Origin: Octopus sinensis | Taxonomy: Eukaryota | DNA: 64,000 nt | Assembly: GCF_006345805.1 (NCBI RefSeq) | Contig: NC_043005.1 | Span: 31,620,001 to 31,684,000, forward strand | Reading direction: 5' to 3' | Shown: positions 38,232 through 50,981 of the stretch, one piece after another | How positions within the stretch are numbered: the stretch's first letter is position 1 | Layout of the letters: each line of letters begins with the position of its first letter | Notes under the pieces: model-generated | The model's input: only the letters and a program-made list of their open reading frames with translations | Databases searched by the model: none | Told to the model about the DNA's origin: nothing | Translations under genes and position numbers: made by a program

Positions 38232-40783
38232 ACTTCCCTCCACCATTACTCTTACTGCAAGCTAAGCAAAGCACTCGATTACCTACACGAGACCTCTACC
38301 AACAACGGAGTTATCCTACATAATCTTTATCATGTATTCTTTAAAATTTCTACCCTTACACCGAACTAGATCACTAAAGTGTATTTTGCCTACTATAATT
38401 GTACATTAACAAGGACCAGTTTCATGGATAAAATCAAGTACATCAAAAATCGTTCCGATTATTGTACCCCGTTCATGAGCGAATAGAAAACGTAATTTAC
38501 GCTCGCATAATTCACTCTTTTGTCAAAAGTAGGAGCATCCCGCTCAGGCGATACTTCCCAATCCATATTATAAAATATTCACAAATATTTCTTTATTCCA
38601 CAATTTCTCGACTTGAAAAACCCACAGCGTTCCTCAATTGCCCTAAAATCAACTGTTCACGCACTCAAGCTACACCTAATGATAACTGCAGTCGAACCAA
38701 CTCGTCTTCATATTGTTTACCGATGTAAAGTAATCACTACTAACTCTATCTGAAACGACATCGTACTCACTGCCAACCCGTTCAAAATCAGATATAGACT
38801 GTACACATTTTCATTCAGCAACGCCACCAGAAGAATCACTATCTGTCTTCTAACTCATAGTTATGACCCTAAAATCATATGGTCTAAAATATGTGGTACT
38901 ATACTAACTATATAAAGACCTTACACCGGAGAATATGAAGACGTGTATTTTGCTTCGCAGAAGCTTTCGAGATTCTATATCCCAAGAACTCTTTAATCAA
39001 TAGACATTATGCAACCCTAAAGGTTTTTAAACAACAAATACGTTCAAGTTATTTATCACTCCTAATAACATACACCCCTCTAACACATATTTCATGCCTT
39101 TTTGCATATAAACTTTTCGATCTCCATTCTCATCTTAAGCACATACACAATAACATACAACTCTGATTCAAACAAATGTAATAATTATTTTCAGTACACG
39201 AAATTTTTGCAAAAATCATACTCTTTTACAAAATTATTCATTATCATACTTTTTTAGTTCCGATGTTATGATTAGTCTCATTTGTTATATCAAACTCATC
39301 ATCTTTGCATCCTGATATCCCTTTTCATATGTTTTAATACTCCCAGCTTTTGTAACATACAGAGGCTATCTTACAATTCACTGGCTGTCGTTTATTTCTA
39401 CACTGAAGCCCAATTTTCCACTTATTTCACATTACTTTTTCACAATTCTTTACTTTTCCATATATATCTCCCTATGCAATTACTGTTCATAATTTTTTTT
39501 TCATTTAAGTCTCCTCCTATATTTTAATTTCCTTATCTTTATACTTTCTTTTATTATTTCTGTATCTTTTCTTTCTTCTGTCTCTCCTTACTCCCACATG
39601 TTCTCTTATCCTATTTCACTTCACTGAAGATAATTAATATAGAAATGACTACCACACCTTCCTATATCTTAAATATGGTCATTATAATAATTATTATAAT
39701 TTTATATATCTATCTTTTTTATGTTAACATATGATATCAGTTTCCTGGAGCAGTATTTTGAGCTAGTCAATATATTTTCCGAATACCAATTATCAACAGA
39801 TTTCCTTTTGTTAAGATTCTAAAACTTTCTTGCCAACGGCAAATATATCATAGATTTTATCCTAAACAAACCAAAGTACCATATTAAATACTAAATAATG
39901 CATAAATTCAAGTGCTTTTGTTTTTCTTTCATTGTTTATAACATGAAATTTAATTTGCGGCCCCATCGTCATATAAAGGAAGTATAATATTTATGGTTGT
40001 CAATGCATTAGCTTGGAGACATGTTAATTTAGCGTTAATCACAACGAAATTTTAGCACAAAATCAGGATTGAAACCAGACACAAACAATCACAACTCATG
40101 GAACTATAGCAAAATCTTATTAAATGTCAATAAAATTGCGATCTTCAATGAATATATCATCAGTATTTTTAATTTACAGTCACAAAGGTACATCTATACA
40201 TAGACACACATTTATATATATGCATATATGTATTATATGTCTGTATGTACATATGTATGGATGTATGTATATAAACTTAGATATGTTTCGACCAAAGATT
40301 GGTCCAGGCCATGTCTAACTTAATAGCACCACCTGATAGGATATATACATATACATACATATATAAATATGCATGTACGTACGTATGTATGTATGTATGT
40401 ATGTATGTATGTATGTATGTATGTATGTATGTATGTATGTATGTATGCATGTATGTATGTATGTATGTATGTATGCATGTATGTATGTATGTATGTATGT
40501 ATGTATGTATGTATTACTTTTTTTGTACTATTCTGAGCGCATGTATATTTTATGATTCTATTTAATGGTGTCTTATCACAGGTATATTATAGTTTATTTG
40601 ATTTATTTATCATATTTTAATTACTAATTCCTTCATGATAGTATACTCTATTTTATTGCTTATATGAGAATTCTTCATTATATTTCAGTTCCTTATGTAG
40701 GCGTTTAGTTCGCTAAAATTACTAAAATATATTGTTATAGAAATAAGCAAAACGACAAAAAAAAACCGAGTATTTTCGAAAAG

Positions 40784-40886
40784 TCACCTGAGGAGACGCA
40801 TCTGCTTCTACGGTGCATTACAACTATTTGTACAGCATCTCACCTGCAAAGTACCGGTGCATGATGGGACGAAACGATCTTAGTGG
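40784..40886 (+). ncRNA. Degenerate type I hammerhead with a 60-nt loop II
   Basis: UCAC-CUGAGGA-GACGCAUC...GAUGGGAC-GAA-ACGAUCUU-A-GUGG. Stem II is 6/8 paired; stem III is one change from the palindrome ACGAUCGU. Confidence 0.55.
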
Positions 40887-41516
40887 TTCTGAATAGTTTC
40901 GTGAATTCCATTCTCTTTCTCTATATTTCTTTCATAAACTCTACGGATACAAAGGAATTCCTCAAAGTAAATCTAGTGGCAGGTACCTCCAACGTTGCTG
41001 ACATCAAGTAACTGCATACTGTGAACGGGCTTGAAATAGCATACTATAAGGTGTATACCCGAATATATAATTATTATATATACGTGTGTGTGTGTGTAGG
41101 CACAGGTGTGGCTGTGTGGTAAGAAGCTTGCTTCCAAACCACATGGTTCCGGAGAGAGTCCCGCTGCGTGGCACTTTGAGCAAGTGTATTCTTCTATATC
41201 CTCGGGTCGACCAAAGCCTTGTGAGTAGATTTGTTAGACGGAAACTGAAAGAAGCCCCTCGTATATATATGTTTGTGTGTGTGTGTTTGTTTGTTCCCAC
41301 CCCCACCACCATCGCTTGACAACCGATGTTGGTGTATTTACGTCCCCATAACATAGCGGTTCGGCAGTAATCACCGATAGAATAAGCACCAGGCATTCAA
41401 AGAATAAGACCAGGGGTCGATTTCTTCGACTAAAAGGTGGTGCTTCAGCATAGCCACAATCAAATGACTGAAACAAGTAAAAGAATAAAGGAATCTTATA
41501 TATACATATGTATATG

Positions 41517-41550
<34 letters not shown>

Positions 41551-41560
41551 ATATATATAT

Positions 41561-41610
<50 letters not shown>

Positions 41611-41615
<5 letters not shown>

Positions 41616-42833
41616 TAAGGTTGTGTGCTGTCTGTCTTTTACGATTTAGATTCCTAACTACTCCCACATTTTGCAGTGCAGTTTAACCAAAACCGGGTAT
41701 CTTATAGTCGTGATTCATATTGAGCCCTTCTGGGTATTAGCGCGCGTCTACGATGAGTCTACGATTTTAAAAAAAATTTACCATCAATTTTTTTCCATTT
41801 TTAATGCATTTTTGGCATATATACTCTTTTACTCTTTACTCTTTTACTTGTTTCAGTCATTTGACTGCGGCCATGCTGGAGCACCACCTTTTAGTACTTA
41901 TTCTATCGGTCTCTTTTTGCCGAACCGCTAAGTGACGGGGACCTAAACACACCAGCATCGGTTGTCAAGCAATGCTAGGGGGACAAACACAGACACACAA
42001 ACACACGCATACATATATATATACATATATACGACAGGCTTCTTTCAGTTTCCGTCTACCAAATCCACTCACAAGGCATTGGTCGGCCCGGGGCTATAGC
42101 AGAAGACACTTGCCCAAGATGCCACGCAGTGGGACTGAACCCGCAACCCTGTGGTTGGTTAGCAAGCTACTTACCACACAGCCACTCCTGCGCCTATGTG
42201 TGTCTGTGTGTGTTTGTCATGCCGTTAAAACTCGAAATCCACCCAACCGATTTGAATGAAATTTTACACAGGCATTACATAGGATCCATGGAGTGTCATG
42301 GACCAAAGAAATTTCAACTTCTTGCCTAATGCAGGCCCAGGAGAAGATAAACCGCTTTTTAAAGCATTTTCGTAGTGTAAGGCTTGCAATTTGAAAAGTA
42401 TCCAGTCGTTTTCCTCCAAATTTGCAACAAACATTAATCAGGTCCTCGAAATGTTGTTGACTAAAAGAATCTCCGACGCCGACTACGAGTCCCCGAAAAA
42501 TGCAGATTAATCAGATTTGAGTATACTGCACTGGGTTTTATCATTGTTTTAGGCCATTTTCCGCCGATAAAATATTCTTTTCTACCGAAGACTCAAAATT
42601 TTTTGGGAAAGGGGCCACTCGATTAGATCGAGCACAGTACGCACAGTACGCAAATATAAGGAAAGTAACTCTCAAAAAATTTATTATTAAATCTCACAAC
42701 GTAAAAAGCTACAGTAACACCCCCCCCCTTTGTGGTTAGCCATATTGAGATGGCTATTATACTTTACATCTCTAAAAATGCTTATATAGTTATTTCCCTT
42801 ACATACCCGAGCAACGCCGGGCGATACTGCTAG
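41611..42833 (+). mobile_element. Second copy of the 22900 Helitron, split by an 830-bp insertion (41821-42653)
   Basis: 5' part 41611-41820 and 3' part 42654-42833 match 22900-23295; ends in CCCGAGCAACGCCGGG...CTAG|T. Confidence 0.85.
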
Positions 42834-42847
42834 TATATATATATATA

Positions 42848-43827
42848 ATACAGTGTACATTTAAACACATTAAGAGGTTTCCATCTTAGGAATCCTTTAC
42901 GCTAGAAAAAACAGCTAAAGTCCAAACCACTAATAAAAGATGAATTCTCGAATGAAATGAAAAATAAAACATTTACCATCTCTTTCCTGGACCTTGGTTT
43001 CTGACTTATTTTTGCAAATAAAATAATTTTCTAGGCAAAGTCTTCTTCAACAGGGACGCCAAGATTAAACATATAAACACGAGGCCAATCCAGCATGTGC
43101 CTCTTGCTTATATATTCTAATTTGTTTGTTTTTTTTCAAATCCACCACGCAAGCGCAGTTCTTTTTGTCGGCAGCAAAAAGATGCCAGCAACCTCTTCAA
43201 ACGAATCTACCAGAAATCATTATACATAATTAATATCAGGGTAATAAAGATTTTAGAAATTTTTACTACCAGTCGCCTAGCGTATAAAAACATTAGTCAA
43301 TAGACTATATATTATTCCTATAAAATACAATGTACATTTAAACACATTATGAGGTTTCCATCATAGAAATCCTTTACGCTAGAAAGAACAGCTAAAGTCC
43401 AAATCACTAATTAGGGATAAATTCTTGAATGGAATGAAAAATAAAAACATTTACCATCTCTTTCCTGGACCATGGTTCCTGACTGGACTCGTGTTTATCT
43501 GTTTAATCTTGGCGTCCCTATTGAAGAAGACTTTGCCTAGTAATTAATTTTATTTGCTAAAATAAGTCAGAAACCATGGTCCAGGAAAGAGATAGTAAAT
43601 GTTTTTATTTTTCATTCCCTTCGAGAATTTATCCCTAATTAGAGGTTTGGATTTTAGCTGTTCTTTCTAGCGTAAAGGATTCCTATGATGGACACCTCTT
43701 AATGTGTTTAAATTTACACTGTATTTTATATGAATAATATATAGTCTATTGACTAATTTTTCTATACGCTAGGTGACTGGTAGTAAACATTTCTAAAATC
43801 TTTATAACCCTGATATTATTAATTATG

Positions 43828-43830
<3 letters not shown>
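42848..43830. repeat. Hammerhead-bearing unit, ~478-nt direct period (42848-43483) followed by an inverted copy (43484-43830)
   Basis: GTACATTTAAACACAT at 42855 and 43332; predicted cleavage sites at 42990 and 43468. Confidence 0.85.
42986..43054 (-). ncRNA. Type I hammerhead variant (U3); second copy on + at 43517-43585
   Basis: CCUG-UUGAAGA-a-GACUU...AAGUC-a-GAA-ACCAAGGU-C-CAGG. The + copy has the perfect palindrome ACCAUGGU. Confidence 0.65.
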
Positions 43831-43862
<32 letters not shown>

Positions 43863-43867
<5 letters not shown>

Positions 43868-44681
43868 TAATATAGGATAGAATTTTTCGAAAAAATTATA
43901 TCAATGGCCAGCATATTAAAAAATACCTTTAAAGGTTAAATGTATAAACAACTTATAAACAAGGGCAAAAGAAAAAAAATTCTAATGCCAAATATGCCGA
44001 AAATAGACACTTCGTCAATAACCATATAATTTATCACTATAAGTATGTATCTCGAAGAAAGCCGACAGAAATTTCTAAAAGAAATCCATTATTACCATAT
44101 CGGACCCGATTTCAGAGTTAATTCATAAGAACCTTTTCTTCATCAGTGATAAATGCGGCAAAGGAATAAATGAAATACTTACTTATACCCATGGAAGAAA
44201 CAAACACTAAGTCATGAGCACAATTAAGTACCCCAAATATATCCAGAATAGAAATTCTCCAGCACACCTCGAGAACGTGCGATTCGAACTGAAAACTCTC
44301 ACAGAGTGAGAGAGTCCGGTAGTGAATACTATTAAATTTACATCTAATATAGGATAAAAAATTTTCGAAATAATTTCTATCAATGACCAGCATATTAAAA
44401 AATACCTTTAAATGTTAAATTTATAAACAACTTATAAACAAGGGCAAAAGAAAAAATTTCTAATGCCAAATATGCCAAAAATATACACTTCTCAATAACC
44501 ATATAATTTATCACTATAAGTACGTGACTCGAAGAAAGTGATAACGGATTTTTTTAGAAATTTCTGTCGGCTTTCTTCGAGACACGTACTTATAGTGATA
44601 AATTATATGGTTATTGACGAAGTGTCTATTTTCGGCATATTTAGCATTAGAAATTTTTTCTTTTGCCCTTGTTTATAAGTT

Positions 44682-44690
<9 letters not shown>
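43863..44690. repeat. Hammerhead-bearing unit, ~477-479-nt direct period (43863-44538) followed by an inverted copy (44539-44690)
   Basis: ACATCTAA at 43863 and 44340; inversion junction between 44538 and 44539. Confidence 0.85.
44092..44152 (-). ncRNA. Intact type I hammerhead ribozyme
   Basis: UUAUCA-CUGAUGA-AGA(aaa/GGUUC uuau GAAUU/aac)UCU-GAA-AUCGG(GU)CCGAU-A-UGGUAA; AUA triplet. Confidence 0.8.
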
Positions 44691-44766
<76 letters not shown>

Positions 44767-44976
44767 CATACAGCAATATGAAAACGGAGAGGATCAAGAG
44801 GTGGTATTCATCAAATGTTAGACATTATATTATGTATGTTTATTTAAAAAAAAAACAATTATAACAATATACATACATATATAACATTTGCTTTACATAT
44901 ATAATATATCAGCAATTATTAATAATATCAGCAATTATTAAAATATATAATGTAGAGCATAGAAAATAGGATAGTA

Positions 44977-45098
44977 TCTTACAGCTGTTTCAGCCAAGAG
45001 GCCATAGTATCCCACTCTACTTCCATCCCTTCAGTCAACTGAAGTATTTGGTAGATAAGATTAAGGTACTTAAGTGTGTCTCTGGGCTTCGTCAGAGA
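44977..45098 (-). ncRNA. Type I hammerhead with an 89-nt stem-II insertion
   Basis: UCU-CUGACGA-AGCC...GGCU-GAA-ACAGCUGU-A-AGA. Palindromic stem III, GUA triplet. Host unit spans ~44775-45140. Confidence 0.75.
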
Positions 45099-45195
45099 GG
45101 ATTAGAAACTTCATAAGGTTAAGTTATAAGTATAAATACATACATATATACACACTTTGACATATACATAATTACTCATAAATATACACACACAC

Positions 45196-45227
<32 letters not shown>

Positions 45228-45287
45228 ATGTGTGTGTGTATGTGTGTGTGTGTGTGCGTGTGTGTGTGTGTGTGTATGCATACACAG

Positions 45288-45773
45288 TTGCGTACTGTGC
45301 TCGATCTAATCGAGTGGCCCCTTTCCCAAAAAATTTTGAGTCTTCGGTAGAAAAGAATATTTTATCGGCGGAAAATGGCCTAAAACAATGATAAAACCCA
45401 GTGCAGTATACTCAAATCTGATTAATCTGCATTTTTCGGGGACTCGTAGTCGGCGTCGGAGATTCTTTTAGTCAACAACATTTCGAGGAGCCTGATTAAT
45501 GTTTGTTGCAAATTTGGAGGAAAACGACTGGATACTTTTCAAATTGCAAGCCTTAACACTACGAAAATGCTTTAAAAAGCGGTTTATCTTCTCCTGGGCC
45601 TGCATTAGGCAAGAAGTTGAAATTTCTTTGGTCCATGACACTCCATGGATCCTATGTAATGCCTGTGTAAAATTTCATTCAAATCGGTTGGGTGGATTTC
45701 GAGTTTTAACGGCATGACAAACACACACAGACACACATCCCGTGTTTTATATATATATATATATATATATAGA
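45288..45773 (-). mobile_element. Helitron 5' portion fused to a SINE fragment
   Basis: Minus strand starts TCTATATATA...AAAACAC + GT tract + AAACTCGAAATCCACC..CCGATTTGAATGAAATTTT, then ends in the SINE piece GGGGCCACTCGATTAGATCGA. Confidence 0.7.
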
Positions 45774-46899
45774 CTAGCATTATGACCAGTCGTTGCCGGG
45801 TCATAGTGCTAGTGCATGTATATTTGTGTATATATATGTGTACATATTACATGTACATATATATATATACATCTACACATAAAATACAAAATACAAAGTT
45901 ATATCTTGATATCGTTAGTGATAACAATACTCAAAATATATAACAGACTGGAATTGTAAGCCCGTCTCTTGTAATTTCGATCAATTGTATCTTGTCCTCC
46001 CTCTTGTATAGAAGTGTGGCTACAATTCAGCCTACCTCAACTTCTTGGGGTGGGGGCATTTAAAATTTTTATCCGGCACGTCCTACGTCCCAGATATAAA
46101 GGTAAAAATAAAATATTTCTACTTTGCAAGTTCGAGTCGAGTACTCCCTTGCACGCTCCGTTGATTCGAACCTTGCTTCTATTGTAGCGAATTTACCGCC
46201 TCTGGTTAAATATCTTTCATAGTCGCACCAAGACACTTTTCGATGGTGCTTTCCTCCATGTGTTCAAATCTTTTTTTTCTACACTGTATACTTTATAGAC
46301 AATAGTATTTTCTTTAATTTAATTTTTTATTATCCATCTGGACTATTCCATTTCTGCACACTAATTTTATTTTTAATTTATTCCCATTCATGTGAAACCA
46401 CTTATTCAAGTTCAAGTCATTGATGCAATTTTATACCAATTGCTATTTTTACTTTTGTTATGTTACGATTATATTATACTTTAGTTTGATTTTAATTATT
46501 ACTTACTACATATACAATTGTTATTATTATTTTTATTGTTAACACGTAATACTGAAATAGTGGAGAAGATGTGATATTGCTATGGGCTCGCTCTAGGCAA
46601 GAAGTTGAACATTTTTTTGCCCATGAAACTACATGGACTCTAAGTAAGGCATGTGTAAAATTTGAATGAAATTGGTTGTGTAGTTCTCAAGTTTTAGGGA
46701 ATCGTAATGGAGAAGATATGATATTGCTGTGGGCTCGCCCTAGGCAAAAAGTAAACATTTTTTGCCGATGACACTCCCCGGAGCCTAAGTAAGGCATGTG
46801 TAAAATTTGAATGAAATTGGTTGTGTAGCTCTCAAGTTTTAGGGAAACACACAGACAGACAGACAGACACACATTCTCAGTTTTATATATATATATAGA
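45774..46899 (-). mobile_element. Complete non-autonomous Helitron (1126 bp) with two internal ~147-bp tandem repeats
   Basis: A|TCTATATATATAAAA at 46899; 3' ATGACCCGGCAACGACTGGTCAT hairpin + CTAG|T at 45774; repeats ~46560-46705 and ~46708-46845. Confidence 0.8.
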
Positions 46900-46961
46900 T
46901 TACCAGGACGATAGCGTTAATCGATAGACGTCCAACCTATACACTTGATGCTGTAGTAGTA

Positions 46962-47040
<79 letters not shown>

Positions 47041-49664
47041 GTGTTGCTTTTGTTGTTTTATTATAGCCGGTGCTAAACATGTCAGTTATATTCCTTGTTT
47101 TGTTTGAACTACTCAATTAAAATATTTCGCTCTGAGTAGTTTTCACTTCTCAAACAAATATGTGGAATTCCAAAATGGAAGTGATTCCAGAATTGTATTT
47201 ATGGCAAACTAACGTAACATCTTTTATGTAAAGCCATACATGAAACGGCTTTCTAGCCAAATGACATTCACAACATCGAGAAAATGGAATGCTTTTTAAA
47301 ATTATCGATTTTAAATGGGAAATACTGTATACTTGTGTGATATTTGCTCGACTTATATATTCCGTCTATTCTTTCAAATGATAAAGGGTGTGCCTTGAAG
47401 TACAGATTATGGATTCGTTCGAGAAACCTGACGCAATCGAGTTTCTGCTCCATACTTTTCACTTGAAAACTGTAAGTCGGCAACTTAATCCATAATATTT
47501 CAATGAATTCATCCTTCATCTCAGGAAGAAGATATAAAGATTAATATGACGCTAATTATTTCAGTTTCATCAATGTAGTTTACTTTCATTTCTCATTATG
47601 GTTCGTGTAGTATTATTGGAAACTCTCTTACGTTCCCTACTAGAATATTGGACGCTAAAATCCTCTTTGTCCAAGAGAATAGTTTATACTCTCCTTTATA
47701 AGAGCGCAATTACTTGAGTCTATAGCGCATCAATATTTCCAACTGACAATCTCTTCGTATTCTGAGATTAAACACGTATATGTGCAGCGTGTCTAGATCT
47801 AAGAGAGGTTGGGTATTGCTGTCTACATCCCTAAAACGAGCAGAATTACCTCACCTCCCTAAGCAGCGGTAAAACTTTATTAGGAACGCTCAGCTGGTCA
47901 ATTGACTTGCTATGAATTGCAGCCAAATCTCCCTAGCATCTTAAAAATAATGACAACGCATGACATAACGTCTAAAAAGACAGGATGATTACTGTTGGAA
48001 TCTCTCTAATCATGGATTCACTCAGTCAGGATTGATCGGGACTAAACAACAACAACAACAACAAGATGATAGAACTCTAAATTCAGTGGTTGCTTCGTGA
48101 ATTTGAATCGCAGAGTGTTTCTGGGCGGAAAGGGCTCTATTAAGCTAATCCTTCCTGGATCGAAATATGACCTTACCAATGTCCAAGGAATGATATCTAG
48201 ATAGGAATTGAATTCAAACTGTTGATCCCTGATTGATAGAATAATTAATTAATACACTTCTAAATTAAATCAAATATTATTTTCATTACATCAAAATTGT
48301 CTACAACTATTCTTGTTCATTCATCAGAAAGTATATTTTACTATTTTCTTCCCCACCTTTTTTTCTTTTTCTTTTCTTTTTTTTTTTTTGTAGTTAGGCT
48401 ACAAATTTTACTTGATCCAAAGTTTTGCTGCATTTTTATTGCTATGACTAAATTATGAAATATGTTTACGATCAAATAACTAAAATTATTATAATTAAAA
48501 TCATATTCAAGAATATTTCTGGAAAGGTATATATACTTCATCATGGTTTTAGTGATTAAGCTATTTTATTCCTTTTCTATTTTACCTGATCATTTTATTA
48601 TTTTATAATAGCCTTTATGAAATAAACAATTTTTGTACCCTTAGAAATTCATACTTAGCTTACATATAACAGTACCGGTATCTTCAAAACTTATAAACAA
48701 ACTGCTTAGATTATAATTTAATTAATATATAGTTAGCATGTTCTTTCGCCTCAGTACTTCTTTATTAAATACCAGCAAATGCCAACGATCAATCTTCATA
48801 GATACCATCTAATAAGTTAATATTTAAGTATATAATATGAATAAATATTAAACTATTTCTATGTAATTTCTTCCCTCCCTCTATTGTGGTAAATTTTGGT
48901 ATATACTCAAAAGTATTCAAAAAAATTATCCTTTTGGTTACAACATTCTTCTTAATATTCTTCTTGATAACTCTAAATTTTAACTTTATACAATATAGCA
49001 ATATTGTTTAAAGTATTCAACATATACCCCCATGATAAAATTTCCCCTGTATTATCATCATTGGTTTTACTAGTCTTGCCCCTTTAATTGATAACTAACA
49101 TCTTGATTTAAGATTTTCCTTTACCAAATCTCATTATATAGCTTCAAATTAATCTTGATAGTTTTATGACTATACCCACTATGATTTCTATCGACTCCCT
49201 CAACCCCTTTCCTAACAGACACTGCTCCTTGTTCCTTGGCCTTACATTTTGATATACAAAGATTTGATAAACAAGACTATAAATTAAAACTGATCCCCAA
49301 AAATAGTGACAAGCTAGATCTCCAACAAGTGTATTTTTCCTGATACTTTAGTAGCTTCTAAGCTGAAGTGAAGACGTTTTAGATCAAAATTATATTAATG
49401 TGTCCATCTGTTTTAATCTAATTTAATTCTATGTATTTATGCAGCTGGGGATTACTCTGCATTTAAATTGATGTAATGGTTGCATTGTTCAGTTAAATGG
49501 AGTCGCTTGAAACGATCGTACTGCATTACCTCTGGATATCCTGTTGCTTATTTTGATTTTAATCACCTTACTTTGAAATTGTATGGATAATACCGTACTA
49601 AATTCTGGTACCTCAACTTAAGTACCTAATTCATCTGAATCTAAATTTTTGCATATATATAACA

Positions 49665-49917
49665 ATAAGAAAATGGAGGGGATCAAGAGGTGGTATTCAT
49701 CAACTTTTAGACATTATATTATGTCTATTTATTTATTTAAAAAAGCAATTATAACAATATATATGTATATAAAAATACCAGTAATTATTAAAATATATAA
49801 CGTAGAGCATAGAAAGTAGGATAGTATCTTACTGCTGTTTCAGCTAATAGGAATAATATAATACACCTAATAATAATAATAATTGATTACTTTGTATGCA
49901 TATACATATACATATAC

Positions 49918-49981
<64 letters not shown>

Positions 49982-50395
49982 ATGTCTATTTATGTATATG
50001 TAAAAGTGTGCATATATGTATGTATGTATTTATAACTTAACCTTGTGAACATTCTAAACTCTCTGACGAAACCCAGAGACACACCCAAGTGCCTTAATCT
50101 TATCTACTAAATACTTCAGTTGACTGAAGGGATGGAAGTAGAGTGGGATACTATGGCCTCTTGGCTGAAACAGCTGTAAGATACTATCCTAATTTCTACA
50201 CTTTACGTTATATATTTTAATAATTACTGGTAATTGTTATATATTAAATATGTAAAGCATCATATGTTATACATGTATGTATATTGTTATAGTTGTTTTT
50301 TTAAATAAATAAATAAATAAATAAATAAAGAGACATAATATAATGTCTAAAATTTGATGAATACCACCTCTTGATCCCTCCATTTTCTTATTGCT
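49665..50395. repeat. Second locus of the 44775-45140 family: inverted partial copy (49665-49845) plus sense copy (~49985-50395)
   Basis: Reverse-complement arms separated by (TG)n. Confidence 0.85.
50060..50181 (+). ncRNA. Type I hammerhead with an 89-nt stem-II insertion (second copy)
   Basis: UCU-CUGACGA-AACC...GGCU-GAA-ACAGCUGU-A-AGA; one A.C mismatch in stem II. Confidence 0.7.
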
Positions 50396-50558
50396 GTATA
50401 AATTAAGGATAAAAACTATTTACCCTCACCCATTTATTATATTCAGTGGTGTAATTGCCATGCAATGAACAACACATGTTAATTGGGTATTCTACCAGCA
50501 GTATATTGGATAGATATTATCCTTCAGTTGGTTGGATTCACAACCTCTAACTCTCTTG

Positions 50559-50594
<36 letters not shown>

Positions 50595-50604
50595 TTTCTT
50601 TTTT

Positions 50605-50905
50605 TCTTTTCCGACCAGGCTATCAGATGTTGCTACACATCGCTGGTCACAATGCGCTTCGCATTGTTTTAGCCTTCAAATGACTCTACTCCGCTGGCTA
50701 AGCGAGTAGGCCAACAGAAGAAAGAGTGAAAGAAAGTTGTGGCGAAAGAGTACAGCAGGGATCGCCAACACCCCCTGCCGGAGGCTCGTAGAGCTTTTAG
50801 GTGTTTTCGCTCAAAAAACACTCACAACGCCCGGTCTGGGAATCGAAACCGCGATCCTACGACCGCGAGTCCGCTGCCCTAACCTCTGTGCCATTGCGCC
50901 TCCAC
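50605..50905 (-). mobile_element. Full-length tRNA-derived SINE (third family)
   Basis: Head GGAGGCGCAATGGCACAGAGGTTAGGGCAGCGG...GGTTTCGATTCCC. Partial copies at 19268-19385 and 56055-56265. Confidence 0.75.
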
Positions 50906-50944
50906 ACACACACATACGCACACACACACACACACACATACATA

Positions 50945-50981
<37 letters not shown>

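Larger units (their letters stand above)
42196..45738. repeat. ~450-bp near-identical inverted repeat pair (42196-42643 / 45288-45738)
   Basis: I see only two 1-nt indels. Both arms contain the same Helitron/SINE chimeric junction. Confidence 0.9.

Noticed and set aside
39630-39665. CTGAAGA...GAAAT near 39635
   Set aside because: Stems II and III are unconvincing in a very AT-rich context.
47406-47471. Possible 66-nt host exon (AG|IMDSFEKPDAIEFLLHTFHLKT|GTAAGT)
   Set aside because: Weak polypyrimidine tract, no recognisable homology and no partner exons. It needs RNA-seq, and chance occurrence is likely.
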